This document shows positions 17,618 through 27,070 of a stretch of DNA of 64,000 nt, one piece after another (position 1 is the first letter of the stretch; each line of letters begins with the position of its first letter). The DNA is from Bacillota bacterium. Lineage in GTDB: Bacteria > Bacillota > Clostridia > Christensenellales > Aristaeellaceae. Position numbers and translations under genes: made by a program. The stretch spans positions 5,144 to 69,143 of the forward strand of contig JAEYAR010000170.1 of NCBI GenBank assembly GCA_023404715.1, given 5' to 3'. Below the pieces are notes generated by a model. It was not told where the DNA came from. It did no database searches and saw only the letters and a list, made by a program, of their open reading frames with translations.

Positions 17618-18033
17618 TCAATCGCTTTCGCACTGCTCGAATAGTATGTTTGTGACTTGTAGCCGTTGCTGTTGTCGCATACGAACAATACCTTCACGCG
17701 GTAGACCTCTCCTGGCACAACGTGGCAAGTACGTGTAAAGGAGTGCTCGATCACATTATAGCCAACGCTTCCGCTCTGCTCAGCGCCCGCATCCTGAAAA
17801 ACCCCGTTCACCTTCTTTTGCAGCTGAAAGCTTGCTACGCCGAGCGAGTAGGAGTCCTCGATCCCGGTTGTCGAAAAATTTACGTTTAACCTTCCGCCGG
17901 CTTTAGGAGTGATGTTGGCGGAATAGGAGTCAAAATAAAGGCTAGCATACGGTTCGATGCCCTCTTCCGCAAATGATACGACTGAAAGCAACGCAAGCAA
18001 AGCTGCAATTACGACTAAAACAATTCTTTTCAT
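17614..18033 (-). CDS. Secreted beta-rich hypothetical protein
   Basis: Signal peptide MKRIVLVVIAALLALLSVVSFA; directly follows the anti-sigma gene. Confidence 0.8.
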   Translation of the reverse strand: MKRIVLVVIAALLALLSVVSFAEEGIEPYASLYFDSYSANITPKAGGRLNVNFSTTGIEDSYSLGVASFQLQKKVNGVFQDAGAEQSGSVGYNVIEHSFTRTCHVVPGEVYRVKVLFVCDNSNGYKSQTYYSSSAKAID

Positions 18034-18037
18034 GAAA

Positions 18038-18883
18038 TTACGCTCCTTCTATTAATACTTTGGTGATTTCCATGATGGTATCAGCATGAACCTGTCCCCA
18101 GATGTTTCCATGAATTACTCCATCCGTCCACTTTGCTGAATTGACTTTATAGTTTTCAGCCAAGGCGATCGAGATATCATTATACCACTCCACTTGCATG
18201 CCGCCATCGTCTCGTTCGTAGACATAATTGGCAATTGTTTCCCCTGATCTTTGTTTGATGATACGAATGTTTATGGGTATTGATTGATCGTCGGTAATCT
18301 TTAGCATCCATTTAGATAAATCTTCATCCGCATTCACAGTAGCAGAAACAAATGCATAACGCTCAAAGAGCGTCCGAAAGCCGTCCGTATAGGTATCGAC
18401 ACTCTGAAGAAATTCATCTGCACTCGTAATATGTATCATACTGTTTTGATCGATCTCTTCCCATATCTCCGTATCAGCAGACAACTCCTGGTTTCCCTTG
18501 GCAATCTCCAATCCGTCCTGCGCGCTGTCGCTCTCGTAGGAAAAGAGCTCTGTCAATGCGGAAAAGAAGTTCAGCACCGCGTCCATGTTGAATGCGCGCG
18601 CAACGCCTAAGGATGCCAGGCTGAAGACCATCAGGCAAGCGGCCGCCGCCGCGAACCGCCTCATTCCGGGGCCGGTAAGGCGGCGTTTGCCTTCATCCCG
18701 CCTGATCCTGCGCAGCATTTCCCGGCATTCGCCGTCGGGATCCGCCGGATAGCTGTCCGCGATGGACTTTTCGATCCAGGCGACGTCCATCTCCGCTTCA
18801 TCTTTTGCAGCTTCCCTTAATATCGCATGTATATCCACCTCCGCTGGAGCGAACTCGTCATGTTCCTTCGGGTTCGTACTCAT
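18038..18883 (-). CDS. Probable membrane anti-sigma factor (DUF4367-like C-terminus)
   Basis: RRFAAAAACLMV TM helix; C-terminal AKWTDGVIHGNIWGQVHADTIMEI; ATGA overlap with ECF sigma. Confidence 0.7.
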   Translation of the reverse strand: MSTNPKEHDEFAPAEVDIHAILREAAKDEAEMDVAWIEKSIADSYPADPDGECREMLRRIRRDEGKRRLTGPGMRRFAAAAACLMVFSLASLGVARAFNMDAVLNFFSALTELFSYESDSAQDGLEIAKGNQELSADTEIWEEIDQNSMIHITSADEFLQSVDTYTDGFRTLFERYAFVSATVNADEDLSKWMLKITDDQSIPINIRIIKQRSGETIANYVYERDDGGMQVEWYNDISIALAENYKVNSAKWTDGVIHGNIWGQVHADTIMEITKVLIEGA

Positions 18884-19452
18884 GATTTGGAGCTCCTTTC
18901 ACTTATATTATGTCGAATCGGCTCGTTTTCGGACATCTTTTTGATAATTTTACGAAGTTTTTCGTTTAGACGCGAAATTCGCCTGGAAACGGTGTCCGTC
19001 CGCACCCCTTCTCGTTTCCCGATCTGCGCCGGGGACATGTCCAGCTGATAGACGCAGCGGTACAGTTCATAGTCCTTCCTGTTCAGGCGCTCGGTCGCTC
19101 GCTCCAACAGATCGCGCCAGACCACCACGTCGTCGATCCTGCACGTATCCTCAACGTCCGCCAACAGGTTCAGTGGGCATTCGCATCCCCGCTTCTCTCT
19201 TTCCCTCAGGTATTCGTAGAATTTCAGTCTGGCCGTCTTGAACAGCCAAGCCCTCTGGCTCGGATGCCCGCGCAGCTCTTTCGCGTTTTCAAACGCGGTC
19301 AGGAAGACGCTCTGCACGATATCCCCTGCGTCGCCGATGGGCAGCGACGTCCCCCGAAAGATGTGCAAGACGAACGCCTTGACATGCGGGTATTCTTGAT
19401 GGGAAAAATCGTCAAACCAACGGCGCGTCTCCTTGTCGTGGCTATACTTCAT
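18880..19452 (-). CDS. ECF-family RNA polymerase sigma factor
   Basis: Region 2 DAGDIVQSVF...AWLFKTAR; region 4 MSPAQIGKREGVRTDTVSRRISR. Confidence 0.88.
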   Translation of the reverse strand: MKYSHDKETRRWFDDFSHQEYPHVKAFVLHIFRGTSLPIGDAGDIVQSVFLTAFENAKELRGHPSQRAWLFKTARLKFYEYLREREKRGCECPLNLLADVEDTCRIDDVVVWRDLLERATERLNRKDYELYRCVYQLDMSPAQIGKREGVRTDTVSRRISRLNEKLRKIIKKMSENEPIRHNISERSSKS

Positions 19453-19740
19453 TTGATCCCCCTGCTTTCGTATAGAATATCAACTATTATATAGCATAAA
19501 AGCACCGTAATCAAACATAGATCAACATGAAACGACAGTTTTTCTTTGATCTTTATGTCCGCCCGGTCAATAAAAATAGCTTATTAGAAGCTTCAACGGC
19601 TTGATAGCCGCCGATTCTAGCCGTAAAACATCATCAAAAGAATCGCAAAATGTTTTTTCTGCCCAATTTCGACCAAATTTGGCCATTTGTAAAATAATTA
19701 GGTATCCTGTAAGCACTAACACAAAGGATGGTGCTTTCAT

Positions 19741-20082
19741 ATGGATAATTGCCTTTCTGTGGTCATGTCGTTGGGCGGCCATGTTACCCGATGCGGTTAT
19801 GCCTATCTCGCCACCGCCGTTACGCTGACGTTGCAAAGAGGGCAGTACCCGGCGCGCGAGCTCATGCGCACGCTTTACCCACAGGTAGCCAAGATCCACC
19901 ACACGACCACCGCGCAAGCGGCTCGCAATATCGCCCGCGTGGTCGAGGACATCTGGCAGTATGGCGACCGCGCACGCCTTAGCGAGATCGCAAAGTACAC
20001 GGTCGTCGTCAAGCCCTCGCCCGGCGAGCTGATCCTGCTGCTTTCCAACTTTATCTCCGGCTGCGAGATGTCGGCGATGTGA
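19741..20082 (+). CDS. Stand-alone Spo0A C-terminal DNA-binding domain protein
   Basis: GYAYLATAV, LYPQVAKIHHTT, RNIARVVEDIWQYG, KPSPGELI; no receiver domain. Confidence 0.85.
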   Translation: MDNCLSVVMSLGGHVTRCGYAYLATAVTLTLQRGQYPARELMRTLYPQVAKIHHTTTAQAARNIARVVEDIWQYGDRARLSEIAKYTVVVKPSPGELILLLSNFISGCEMSAM

Positions 20083-20087
20083 ACCCC

Positions 20088-20129
20088 AAAACGCCCGCGA
20101 CAGGAGTGAATTCTGTCGCGGGCGTTTTT
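20088..20129. terminator. Bidirectional terminator
   Basis: AAAACGCCCGCGACAG/CTGTCGCGGGCGTTTT stem between convergent genes. Confidence 0.85.
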
Positions 20130-20139
20130 ATGTTTTCGT

Positions 20140-20463
20140 TTATCGTACGTTCAGCCAGTCGAGGATCGCCTGCTTCGGGCGCGCGCCGACGGCTGTCGAT
20201 AGCGCCTTGCCGTCCTTGAGCGCAACGAGCGTCGGGATGCTCATCACCCCGAAGCGCGCGGCCAGCTCGGGCTGCTCGTCCACGTTGACCTTGCAGACCT
20301 TCAGGCCCGCATGCCCCTCCTGGGCGATTTCCTCTACGATGGGCGAGAGCATGCGGCAGGGGCCGCACCACGGCGCCCAGAAGTCCACCAGCACCGTCTC
20401 CTTCGCCTGCATCGCCTCGCGTTCAAAATTCTGCGCGTTCAGTTCCATCGCTTTCATGTTCAT
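20140..20463 (-). CDS. trxA: Thioredoxin
   Basis: VDFWAPWCGPC, KVNVDE, SIPT. Confidence 0.95.
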   Translation of the reverse strand: MNMKAMELNAQNFEREAMQAKETVLVDFWAPWCGPCRMLSPIVEEIAQEGHAGLKVCKVNVDEQPELAARFGVMSIPTLVALKDGKALSTAVGARPKQAILDWLNVR

Positions 20464-20482
20464 GTCATCCTTTCAAGTTGAT

Positions 20483-21838
20483 TTATTTGCGTACGCCGCT
20501 GAGCGTTTGCGCTACGATGTCGTCCATGATCTCGCCCGTCAGCGTGCCCGTGACGTAGCCGAACACATTGCCCTCCCGGTCGATCATGAACGTCGTCGGG
20601 AACGCGCTGATGCCATATTGTGCGAAGACCTCGCCCGTCGTATCCATCACCGTCGGATAGGTATAGCCGCCATCCGTGAGAAACTGCCGGATCTCGGGAA
20701 TCGTCACGTCCGAGTTGTTCGGCGCGTCGTCCGTCTTGGGGTTGGCCACGCCCAAGACGACGACGTCCTGCGCGTTCAGCCCGTGCTTTTCGTATAGCGC
20801 CTGGATTTCGGGCATCTCCATGCGGCAGGGGCCGCACCAGGTCGCCCAGAAGTTGAGGAAGACGACCTGGCCTCTGTAGTCGGACAGCGTATGCGTCTTC
20901 CCGTCCTGATCGGTAAGCGTAAAGTCCGGCGCGGGGATTTTGTCCGGATCAGGCGCAGGGGTCGCCTCGGGCGCTGCCGGGCCCGCCACCTCCGCCGTCG
21001 CGGCAGGCTCCGTCGTCGCTTGGGCGGGCTCTGCGCTAGCCTCCGGCCCGGGCGTCGCCGTGGGGATGGCCGTCGCGACCGCGGGCGCTGCGGTCGAGGC
21101 CGGGCCGCCGGTGAGGCCGGATAGATAGCTGGTCACGCCGTTCATCCAACCGGTGATCATCATCACGCCCATCAGCACCATCAGCACGCCGCCCGCCTTC
21201 ACCGTATAGCGCACCACGTTGCGGTGGCGCTTAAACAGGTCGAGCAGCGAACCTGTGAACAGGCCGACGGCCAGGAACGGCAGCACGAAGCCCAGCGTGT
21301 ATACGCCGATCAGGCCAAAGCCCGTGGCGGACGAATTGGCCGAGGAGGCCATCAGCAGAACGCTCGCCAGCGCGGGGCCTACGCAGGGTGTCCAGGCAAA
21401 GCTGAACGTAAAGCCCATCACGAGGGCCGTCAGCGGGTTCATCGCCAGGCGGTCGAGTCGGAGCGGCAGCCTATGTTCGCGACCGATCTCTTTGCCCCCA
21501 AACAGCCCCAGCTGCAGCAGGCCGAACGCGATCACAATCGCGCCGCCGATGCGCGCAAAGAGCAGGCGGTTTCCGCTGAAGAATCGACCCAGCGTCGTAA
21601 AGCCGAAGCCCAGCAGGAAGAAGGCGAAGCTCACGCCCAGCACGAAGAAGAGCGTGTTGACCATCACCTTCCGGCGGCCAAACCGCACCGTGCCGTCCGC
21701 CTCCACGGTGCGCGTACCGCCCGCGAGGTAGCCGATGTAAAGCGGCACGAGCGGCAACACGCACGGCGAGAAAAAGCTGATCAATCCCTGTAAAAATACG
21801 GTCATCGCCGGCACGCCGGCCTCAATCGTAAAGCCCAT
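20483..21838 (-). CDS. CcdA (DsbD-like) membrane domain fused to TlpA-type redoxin
   Basis: SFFSPCVLPL and FAWTPCVGP; APDFTL, NFWATWCGPC, FPTTF. Confidence 0.92.
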   Translation of the reverse strand: MGFTIEAGVPAMTVFLQGLISFFSPCVLPLVPLYIGYLAGGTRTVEADGTVRFGRRKVMVNTLFFVLGVSFAFFLLGFGFTTLGRFFSGNRLLFARIGGAIVIAFGLLQLGLFGGKEIGREHRLPLRLDRLAMNPLTALVMGFTFSFAWTPCVGPALASVLLMASSANSSATGFGLIGVYTLGFVLPFLAVGLFTGSLLDLFKRHRNVVRYTVKAGGVLMVLMGVMMITGWMNGVTSYLSGLTGGPASTAAPAVATAIPTATPGPEASAEPAQATTEPAATAEVAGPAAPEATPAPDPDKIPAPDFTLTDQDGKTHTLSDYRGQVVFLNFWATWCGPCRMEMPEIQALYEKHGLNAQDVVVLGVANPKTDDAPNNSDVTIPEIRQFLTDGGYTYPTVMDTTGEVFAQYGISAFPTTFMIDREGNVFGYVTGTLTGEIMDDIVAQTLSGVRK

Positions 21839-21861
21839 AACGTCCTCCTGTTTTCAATCGT

Positions 21862-23244
21862 TTACCGCTCGTCTGCCAGCGTGCCGAACAGGTCGTTGAG
21901 CGCCTCCGACATCGTCGGATGCGTATAGATCCCATCGCGCAGCGCCGTGTAGGGCAGCCGCGCGTCCATGGCCAGCTTCACGAGGTTGATCATCTCGTGG
22001 GACTCGGCGCAGAACAGATGCGCGCCCAGGATCTCGCCGGTCTTCGCGTCGACGACCGCCTTGAGCAGGCCATCCGTCTTACCCAGCACCTGCGCTTTGG
22101 GGATCGCGGATGCGCTCAGGCGTGCCACAAGCACCTCGTAACCTTGCGCGCGCGCCTCCTGTTCGCCGAGCCCTACGCGCGAAAACGGCGGATCGAGAAA
22201 TACGCTGTAGGGAACTGCCCCGCGGTTTCGAACGGTACGTTCGCCTTGCTCCAGCAGCTGCGAACGCACGATTCGGGCATCGTCCAGCGAAATGTAGGTG
22301 AACTGCTGGCCGCCCGTGACGTCGCCCATCGCCCAGATGTTCTCCGCCGTGGTGCGCAGCCGCTCGTCCACGCGGATAGCCCCGCGCTCCGTCAGGGCTA
22401 CGCCCGCCGCTTCAAGGTTCAGGCCCTGCACGTTCGCTCTGCGTCCCGTCGCGATCAGAATGGCCTGCGCCCATAGCGTTTCCTCCCCTTCCGGCGTCCG
22501 CAGATGAATGGCGCTGCGCTCAGCATCATCCCGGACGGCCAGAACAGTTGCCGAACGTATGACGCGTACGCCGCGCCGCTCAAGGCTCAAGCGCACCGCC
22601 TCGGCGATCTCCGCGTCCTCCCGTGGCAAAAACACGTCTCCGTCCTGCACGACGGTCACCTGCGCGCCAAACCCCGCGTAGATCGAGGCAAACTCCATCC
22701 CGATGTATCCGCCGCCGATGATCGCGAGGCGGCGAGGCAGCTCGCGCAGGTCCATCAGCGTCTCGCTGGTATAGGCCCGTTTGCTCTCCCGCAGGCCCTC
22801 GATTGGCGGCACAAAGGGGCGAGAGCCCGTGTTGATGAAGATGCGCTGCGCCTCGATCGCGCTTTCCTGTCCGTCCTTTGAACGGAGGCGGAGCGTATGC
22901 GCATCCATGAAAGACGCCTCCGCGTCGATCACCTCGACATTGGGGTGGCTGTTCAGCTTCGTATAGTTCTTTTCGCGTAGCATACCCGTAAGCGCGCCCT
23001 TTTCTTCGATGGCCGCCGCATAACGGGCTGCTTTTTCCTCAAAGCTCCCGCCCAGCGCAGACGACCGCTCCGCCGCGCGCACCAGCGCCTTCGTCGGAAT
23101 GCAGCCGACGTTGATGCACGTGCCGCCGTACATCATAGACGAGCGCTCTATCAGCGCCACGCGCTTGCCTTCCCGCCCAATCGCCGCCGCCAGCGTCTTT
23201 CCTCCCTTGCCAAACCCGATGATCGCCGCGTCATACTGTTTCAT
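21862..23244 (-). CDS. RclA/YkgC-like flavin disulfide reductase
   Basis: IGFGKGGKTLA, GGTCINVGCIPTK, QFTYISLDD, YTHPTMSE. Confidence 0.9.
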   Translation of the reverse strand: MKQYDAAIIGFGKGGKTLAAAIGREGKRVALIERSSMMYGGTCINVGCIPTKALVRAAERSSALGGSFEEKAARYAAAIEEKGALTGMLREKNYTKLNSHPNVEVIDAEASFMDAHTLRLRSKDGQESAIEAQRIFINTGSRPFVPPIEGLRESKRAYTSETLMDLRELPRRLAIIGGGYIGMEFASIYAGFGAQVTVVQDGDVFLPREDAEIAEAVRLSLERRGVRVIRSATVLAVRDDAERSAIHLRTPEGEETLWAQAILIATGRRANVQGLNLEAAGVALTERGAIRVDERLRTTAENIWAMGDVTGGQQFTYISLDDARIVRSQLLEQGERTVRNRGAVPYSVFLDPPFSRVGLGEQEARAQGYEVLVARLSASAIPKAQVLGKTDGLLKAVVDAKTGEILGAHLFCAESHEMINLVKLAMDARLPYTALRDGIYTHPTMSEALNDLFGTLADER

Positions 23245-23328
23245 TTTGACGTCGCCCCTCTCTGTGTTTCGAATCCCCGCTGCGTTAACGCGGCAGGCTT
23301 TACTGCAACTTTTTTCTTTTCAGTTCCT

Positions 23329-23363
23329 ACTGTAATTTTACCAATTACAGTTTGGTTTGTCAA
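23329..23363 (-). promoter_or_regulatory. sigma-A promoter with overlapping 9-5-9 operator (Rrf2-like)
   Basis: TTGACA-N17-TAAAAT; perfect ACTGTAATT-N5-AATTACAGT across the -10. Confidence 0.75.
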
Positions 23364-23488
23364 GGGATTTTTCATTTTCATAAAACTTTTTTCGATGGGC
23401 AGCTAGCCCTTTGTTCCTCCGTACGGGTATGCTATAATGCAAATGAAACGATCACATCCTTGCGCTGAGAAAAAACAGGAGGAACCCT

Positions 23489-24808
23489 ATGAATCTGAAC
23501 GAGTTGCTCTGCCGGGACATTCCCTGTTCCTGCGGCCAAACGCACCGCGCAAACGTCGAGGCGGTCTACATCGAATCGGGCGCCATCGCCCGCTTGCCGG
23601 GCGAGCTGCAAAAGCGCGGCTACGCGCGCCCGCTCCTCGTCTGCGATGAAAACACATTGCCGGCCGCCGGACGGCGCGCGCAAGCAGCGCTTTCGCAAGC
23701 CGGCTGCGCCTATCGCACGTTTACCTACCCGCAGGCGGATCTCGCGGCCGACGACGCAGCGCAGGCGCAGCTCTTCGAGCAGGTACTGGATGCCGACGTA
23801 CTCGTCGCCGTGGGCGCGGGCACGCTGGGCGATCTGTGTAAGTTCGTCAGCTTCCGCCGGGGGCTTCCCTGCTTCACCGTGGCGACCGCGCCCTCCATGG
23901 ACGGCTTCGCCTCCACCGTCGCCGCGATGATCACCGGCAGCATGAAGGTAACCTACGAGACGCACACGCCGCAGGTCATCCTCGCGGACGTGGACGTGCT
24001 GAAGGCGGCGCCCATGGAGATGATCGCCGCCGGCGTGGGCGACATCCTGGGGAAGTACACCTGTCTATGCGATTGGCAGATCGCCCACGTCGTGACGGGC
24101 GAGGCCTATTGCGACAAGATCGCCGGCATGATCAGGGATTGTATCCGCCGCGTCGTGGCCGGTTTGCCCGCCCTGCCGGGCCGCGGGCCCGAGGCGGTGC
24201 GCGACCTGTGCGAGGCGCTCGTGCTCTCGGGCGTCGCCATGGCCTACGCGGGCAACTCGCGCCCGGCTTCCGGCAGCGAGCATCACCTGTCGCATTTCTT
24301 TGAGCTGCGCTTTTTGCAGCAGGGGCGTCCCCCCGTGCTGCACGGCATCAAGGTCGGCGTCGGCACGGTCATCGTGCTGCGCGCTTACGAGCGCCTGCGG
24401 GATGCGCGGCCCGACTTTGAAGGGGCGCGCAGAGCCGCTGCCGCCTTTGACGAGGAGGCCTGGCAAGCGCGGATGCGCGCCGCATACGGCGCAGGCGCCA
24501 AGGACGTGCTGGAGCTGGAGGCGCGCTCGCATAAAAACGCGCCCGCCAATGTCATCGAGCGCCTGCTTGCGCTCGAAAACCGCTGGCCTGAGGTCGAAGC
24601 GCTCATCGCCGCCCTCCCCACGCCCGCAGAGGTTCACGCGCAGCTCTCCGCGGTCGGCGCGCCCAGCGAGCCCGCCCAATTGGGCATCGACGGCGACCTG
24701 CTGGCGGAGGGCATCCTGTGCGCCAAAGAGCTGCGCGTGCGCTACGGCCTGTGGCAAATGCTGTTCGACCTGGGGATGCTCGACGAAACCGCGCAGGCGT
24801 TGCGCTAA
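23489..24808 (+). CDS. egsA: sn-glycerol-1-phosphate dehydrogenase (EgsA/AraM family)
   Basis: CSCGQTH, VGAGTLGDLCK, TAPSMDGFAS, SRPASGSEHHLSH, LHGIKVG. Confidence 0.88.
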   Translation: MNLNELLCRDIPCSCGQTHRANVEAVYIESGAIARLPGELQKRGYARPLLVCDENTLPAAGRRAQAALSQAGCAYRTFTYPQADLAADDAAQAQLFEQVLDADVLVAVGAGTLGDLCKFVSFRRGLPCFTVATAPSMDGFASTVAAMITGSMKVTYETHTPQVILADVDVLKAAPMEMIAAGVGDILGKYTCLCDWQIAHVVTGEAYCDKIAGMIRDCIRRVVAGLPALPGRGPEAVRDLCEALVLSGVAMAYAGNSRPASGSEHHLSHFFELRFLQQGRPPVLHGIKVGVGTVIVLRAYERLRDARPDFEGARRAAAAFDEEAWQARMRAAYGAGAKDVLELEARSHKNAPANVIERLLALENRWPEVEALIAALPTPAEVHAQLSAVGAPSEPAQLGIDGDLLAEGILCAKELRVRYGLWQMLFDLGMLDETAQALR

Positions 24809-24825
24809 AGAGGCAAGGAGTACGC

Positions 24826-25620
24826 ATGGATATCCGAAACAAAAAGCTTTTCCTGCTCGACATCGACGGTACGGTCTCTTTGGACGCCACGCTCTTTCCG
24901 GGCAGCATGGACTTTTTTCGCCACGTGACCGCCGCGGGCGGCAAGTACGTCTTCATCACCAACAATTCGACCAAGTCCATCGCCGATTATGTAAAAAAGT
25001 TTACGCGCATGGGCGTCCCGGTGGACGAGAGCAGCTTTGTCACCGCCACTTCCGCCACCGTACGCCATCTGCGGGCGCACCACGCGCAGGACAAGATCTA
25101 CGTCGTCGGCACCCGTTCGCTGGTGACGGAGCTTGCGCGCGCGGGCCTCAAGGCCGTGACGCGTCTGGAGGACGGCGTCTCCTGCGCGTTGGTGGGCTTT
25201 GACGACGAACTGACGTATGAAAAGGTGCGCGCGCTGTGCGAGCTGCTCTTTACCCGGCCCAAGACCGCTTACCTGGCCACCAATCCGGATCTGGCTTGCC
25301 CCGTCGGTTTCGGCGCGATTCCCGACTGCGGGGCCATCTGCGGCCTGATCCGCTGCGCGACCGGCCGCGACCCGCTCTACATCGGCAAGCCCAACGCCAT
25401 CATCGTCGAGATGTGTCTCGAGCAGACGGGATTTACCCGCGAGCAGACGCTCGTCGTCGGCGACAGGCTGTACACGGATATCGCCTGCGGCATCGCCGCG
25501 GGGGTAGATACGGCGGTCGTTTTTACCGGCGAGGTCAAGCCGGAGGATCTTGAAAATTCGCCCTTTGCGCCGACCTTCGCCTTCGCGGACATCCGCGCGC
25601 TAAGCAAAGCCGTATTCTAA
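24826..25620 (+). CDS. HAD-IIA family phosphatase (NagD/AraL-like)
   Basis: LDIDGT, TNNS, ATNPD, GKP, VGDRLYTDI. Confidence 0.92.
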   Translation: MDIRNKKLFLLDIDGTVSLDATLFPGSMDFFRHVTAAGGKYVFITNNSTKSIADYVKKFTRMGVPVDESSFVTATSATVRHLRAHHAQDKIYVVGTRSLVTELARAGLKAVTRLEDGVSCALVGFDDELTYEKVRALCELLFTRPKTAYLATNPDLACPVGFGAIPDCGAICGLIRCATGRDPLYIGKPNAIIVEMCLEQTGFTREQTLVVGDRLYTDIACGIAAGVDTAVVFTGEVKPEDLENSPFAPTFAFADIRALSKAVF

Positions 25621-25731
25621 TCGTATTCTCATGATGCTTTCAGCCTTTTCCAAAGCAGTTTGTCCGCTTTTGCGGTATCCTATAGTCATTCCAAGAAACA
25701 AACACCGCAGACATTGCGAGGAGGAAAGACC

Positions 25732-26274
25732 ATGACCACTTTTCAGAATGACCAGCTTGAAAGCATCGAATACCTTCGTAACCACGCCAACATCACCTAC
25801 GCCGAGGCGGTCGACCTGCTTGAGCGCTTTGATGGCGATGTAACCGCCTGCCTGATCGAGCTCGAGCGCCAGGGCCGCATCCGCGACGAGGCCGCCACCG
25901 CCCAGCAGGATTACCAGAAAACCGAGCAGGAGAGCGAACAGCGCAGCGCAGCGCGCCGCCGCGTGCACGGCATCCTGTCCACCCTGCTGCGTAACCGCGT
26001 GAACATCGTCGCCGACGGCGCAAAAATCGCCGATTTCAGCGTTCTGTTCATCGTCGTGCTCGCCATCCTCTGCCCGCAGTTTATGCTGCTGGCCGCCCTG
26101 CTGCTTCTGCTGCTCGGCTATCGCTACAGCCTCAGCCGCCTGGAGGCGGAAGACATCTCTACGTCCGTCGGCGAGGTCGTGCGCGGCACAGCCCGTTCCC
26201 TCGGTACGCTCGGCCGCAGCGTCGTGGCAACCGTCCGTAGTCTGTTCGCGACCGAACAGCCCAACAACGGTTAA
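25732..26274 (+). CDS. Membrane protein with N-terminal UBA-like helix bundle (DUF4342-like)
   Basis: IEYLRNHANITYAEAVDLLERFDGDV; C-terminal hydrophobic hairpin; GAGGAGG RBS. Confidence 0.65.
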   Translation: MTTFQNDQLESIEYLRNHANITYAEAVDLLERFDGDVTACLIELERQGRIRDEAATAQQDYQKTEQESEQRSAARRRVHGILSTLLRNRVNIVADGAKIADFSVLFIVVLAILCPQFMLLAALLLLLLGYRYSLSRLEAEDISTSVGEVVRGTARSLGTLGRSVVATVRSLFATEQPNNG

Positions 26275-26296
26275 CATAGATCCCCTTCCATCCGAC

Positions 26297-26333
26297 GAGG
26301 CCGCCGCATTTTTTGCGGCGGCCTCTATTTTTT
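26297..26333 (+). terminator. Intrinsic terminator
   Basis: GAGGCCGCCGCA/TGCGGCGGCCTC stem followed by a T-run. Confidence 0.8.
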
Positions 26334-26395
26334 CATGCCGTTTTCATCTAAGCGTGGTACAATAAAGCGGAGTATTTGTTTGGGAGGGGATCGCC

Positions 26396-27070
26396 ATGCG
26401 CATCCTGCTCGCGGAAGATGAACGCGATCTTTGCGACGTCGTCGCCCGTAAGCTGGCCGAGGAAGGCTATGCCGTGGATAGCTGCTACGACGGCGAGACG
26501 GCCTATGACTACGCCCGCGCCTGCGACTACGACGCCGTCATCCTGGATGTGATGATGCCGCGCCTCGATGGCTTTGCGCTTCTTGAGCGCCTGCGCGCGG
26601 ACGGCGTGACCGCGCCCGTGCTCTTTCTCACCGCGCGCGACGCGGTCAGCGACCGGGTAAAGGGGCTGGACCTGGGCGCAAACGATTACCTCGTCAAGCC
26701 CTTCGCCTTTGACGAGCTGCTCGCGCGCCTGCGCGTGCTCACGAGAAAGCATGCCGGCGCAGTGACGGACCGCTTTGCCTGCGCAGATCTGGTCGTCGAC
26801 TGCGCGGCGCGCACCGTGCGCCGGGGGGAAGAGCCCGTCGCGCTTACGTCTCGCGAGTTTGCGGTGCTCGAATACCTCATCCGCAATCAGGGCCGCGTGC
26901 TCTCGCGCGAGGCCATCGAAAACCACGTTTGGAATTTCGATTATGCCGGCGGGACGAACGTCGTAGACGTCTATATTCGCTGTCTGCGAAAAAAGATCGA
27001 CGAAAGGTTTGAGCCCAAGCTCCTGCATACCGTGCGTGGCAGCGGCTACGTGCTCAGGGGTTCGCCATGA
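26396..27070 (+). CDS. OmpR-family response regulator
   Basis: AEDE, LDVMMP, LTARD, KPF, HTVRGSGY. Confidence 0.96.
   Translation: MRILLAEDERDLCDVVARKLAEEGYAVDSCYDGETAYDYARACDYDAVILDVMMPRLDGFALLERLRADGVTAPVLFLTARDAVSDRVKGLDLGANDYLVKPFAFDELLARLRVLTRKHAGAVTDRFACADLVVDCAARTVRRGEEPVALTSREFAVLEYLIRNQGRVLSREAIENHVWNFDYAGGTNVVDVYIRCLRKKIDERFEPKLLHTVRGSGYVLRGSP

Noticed and set aside
6320..20100. Intact integrative element at tRNA-Leu
   Set aside because: No integrase and no second copy of the tRNA 3' end seen in the window
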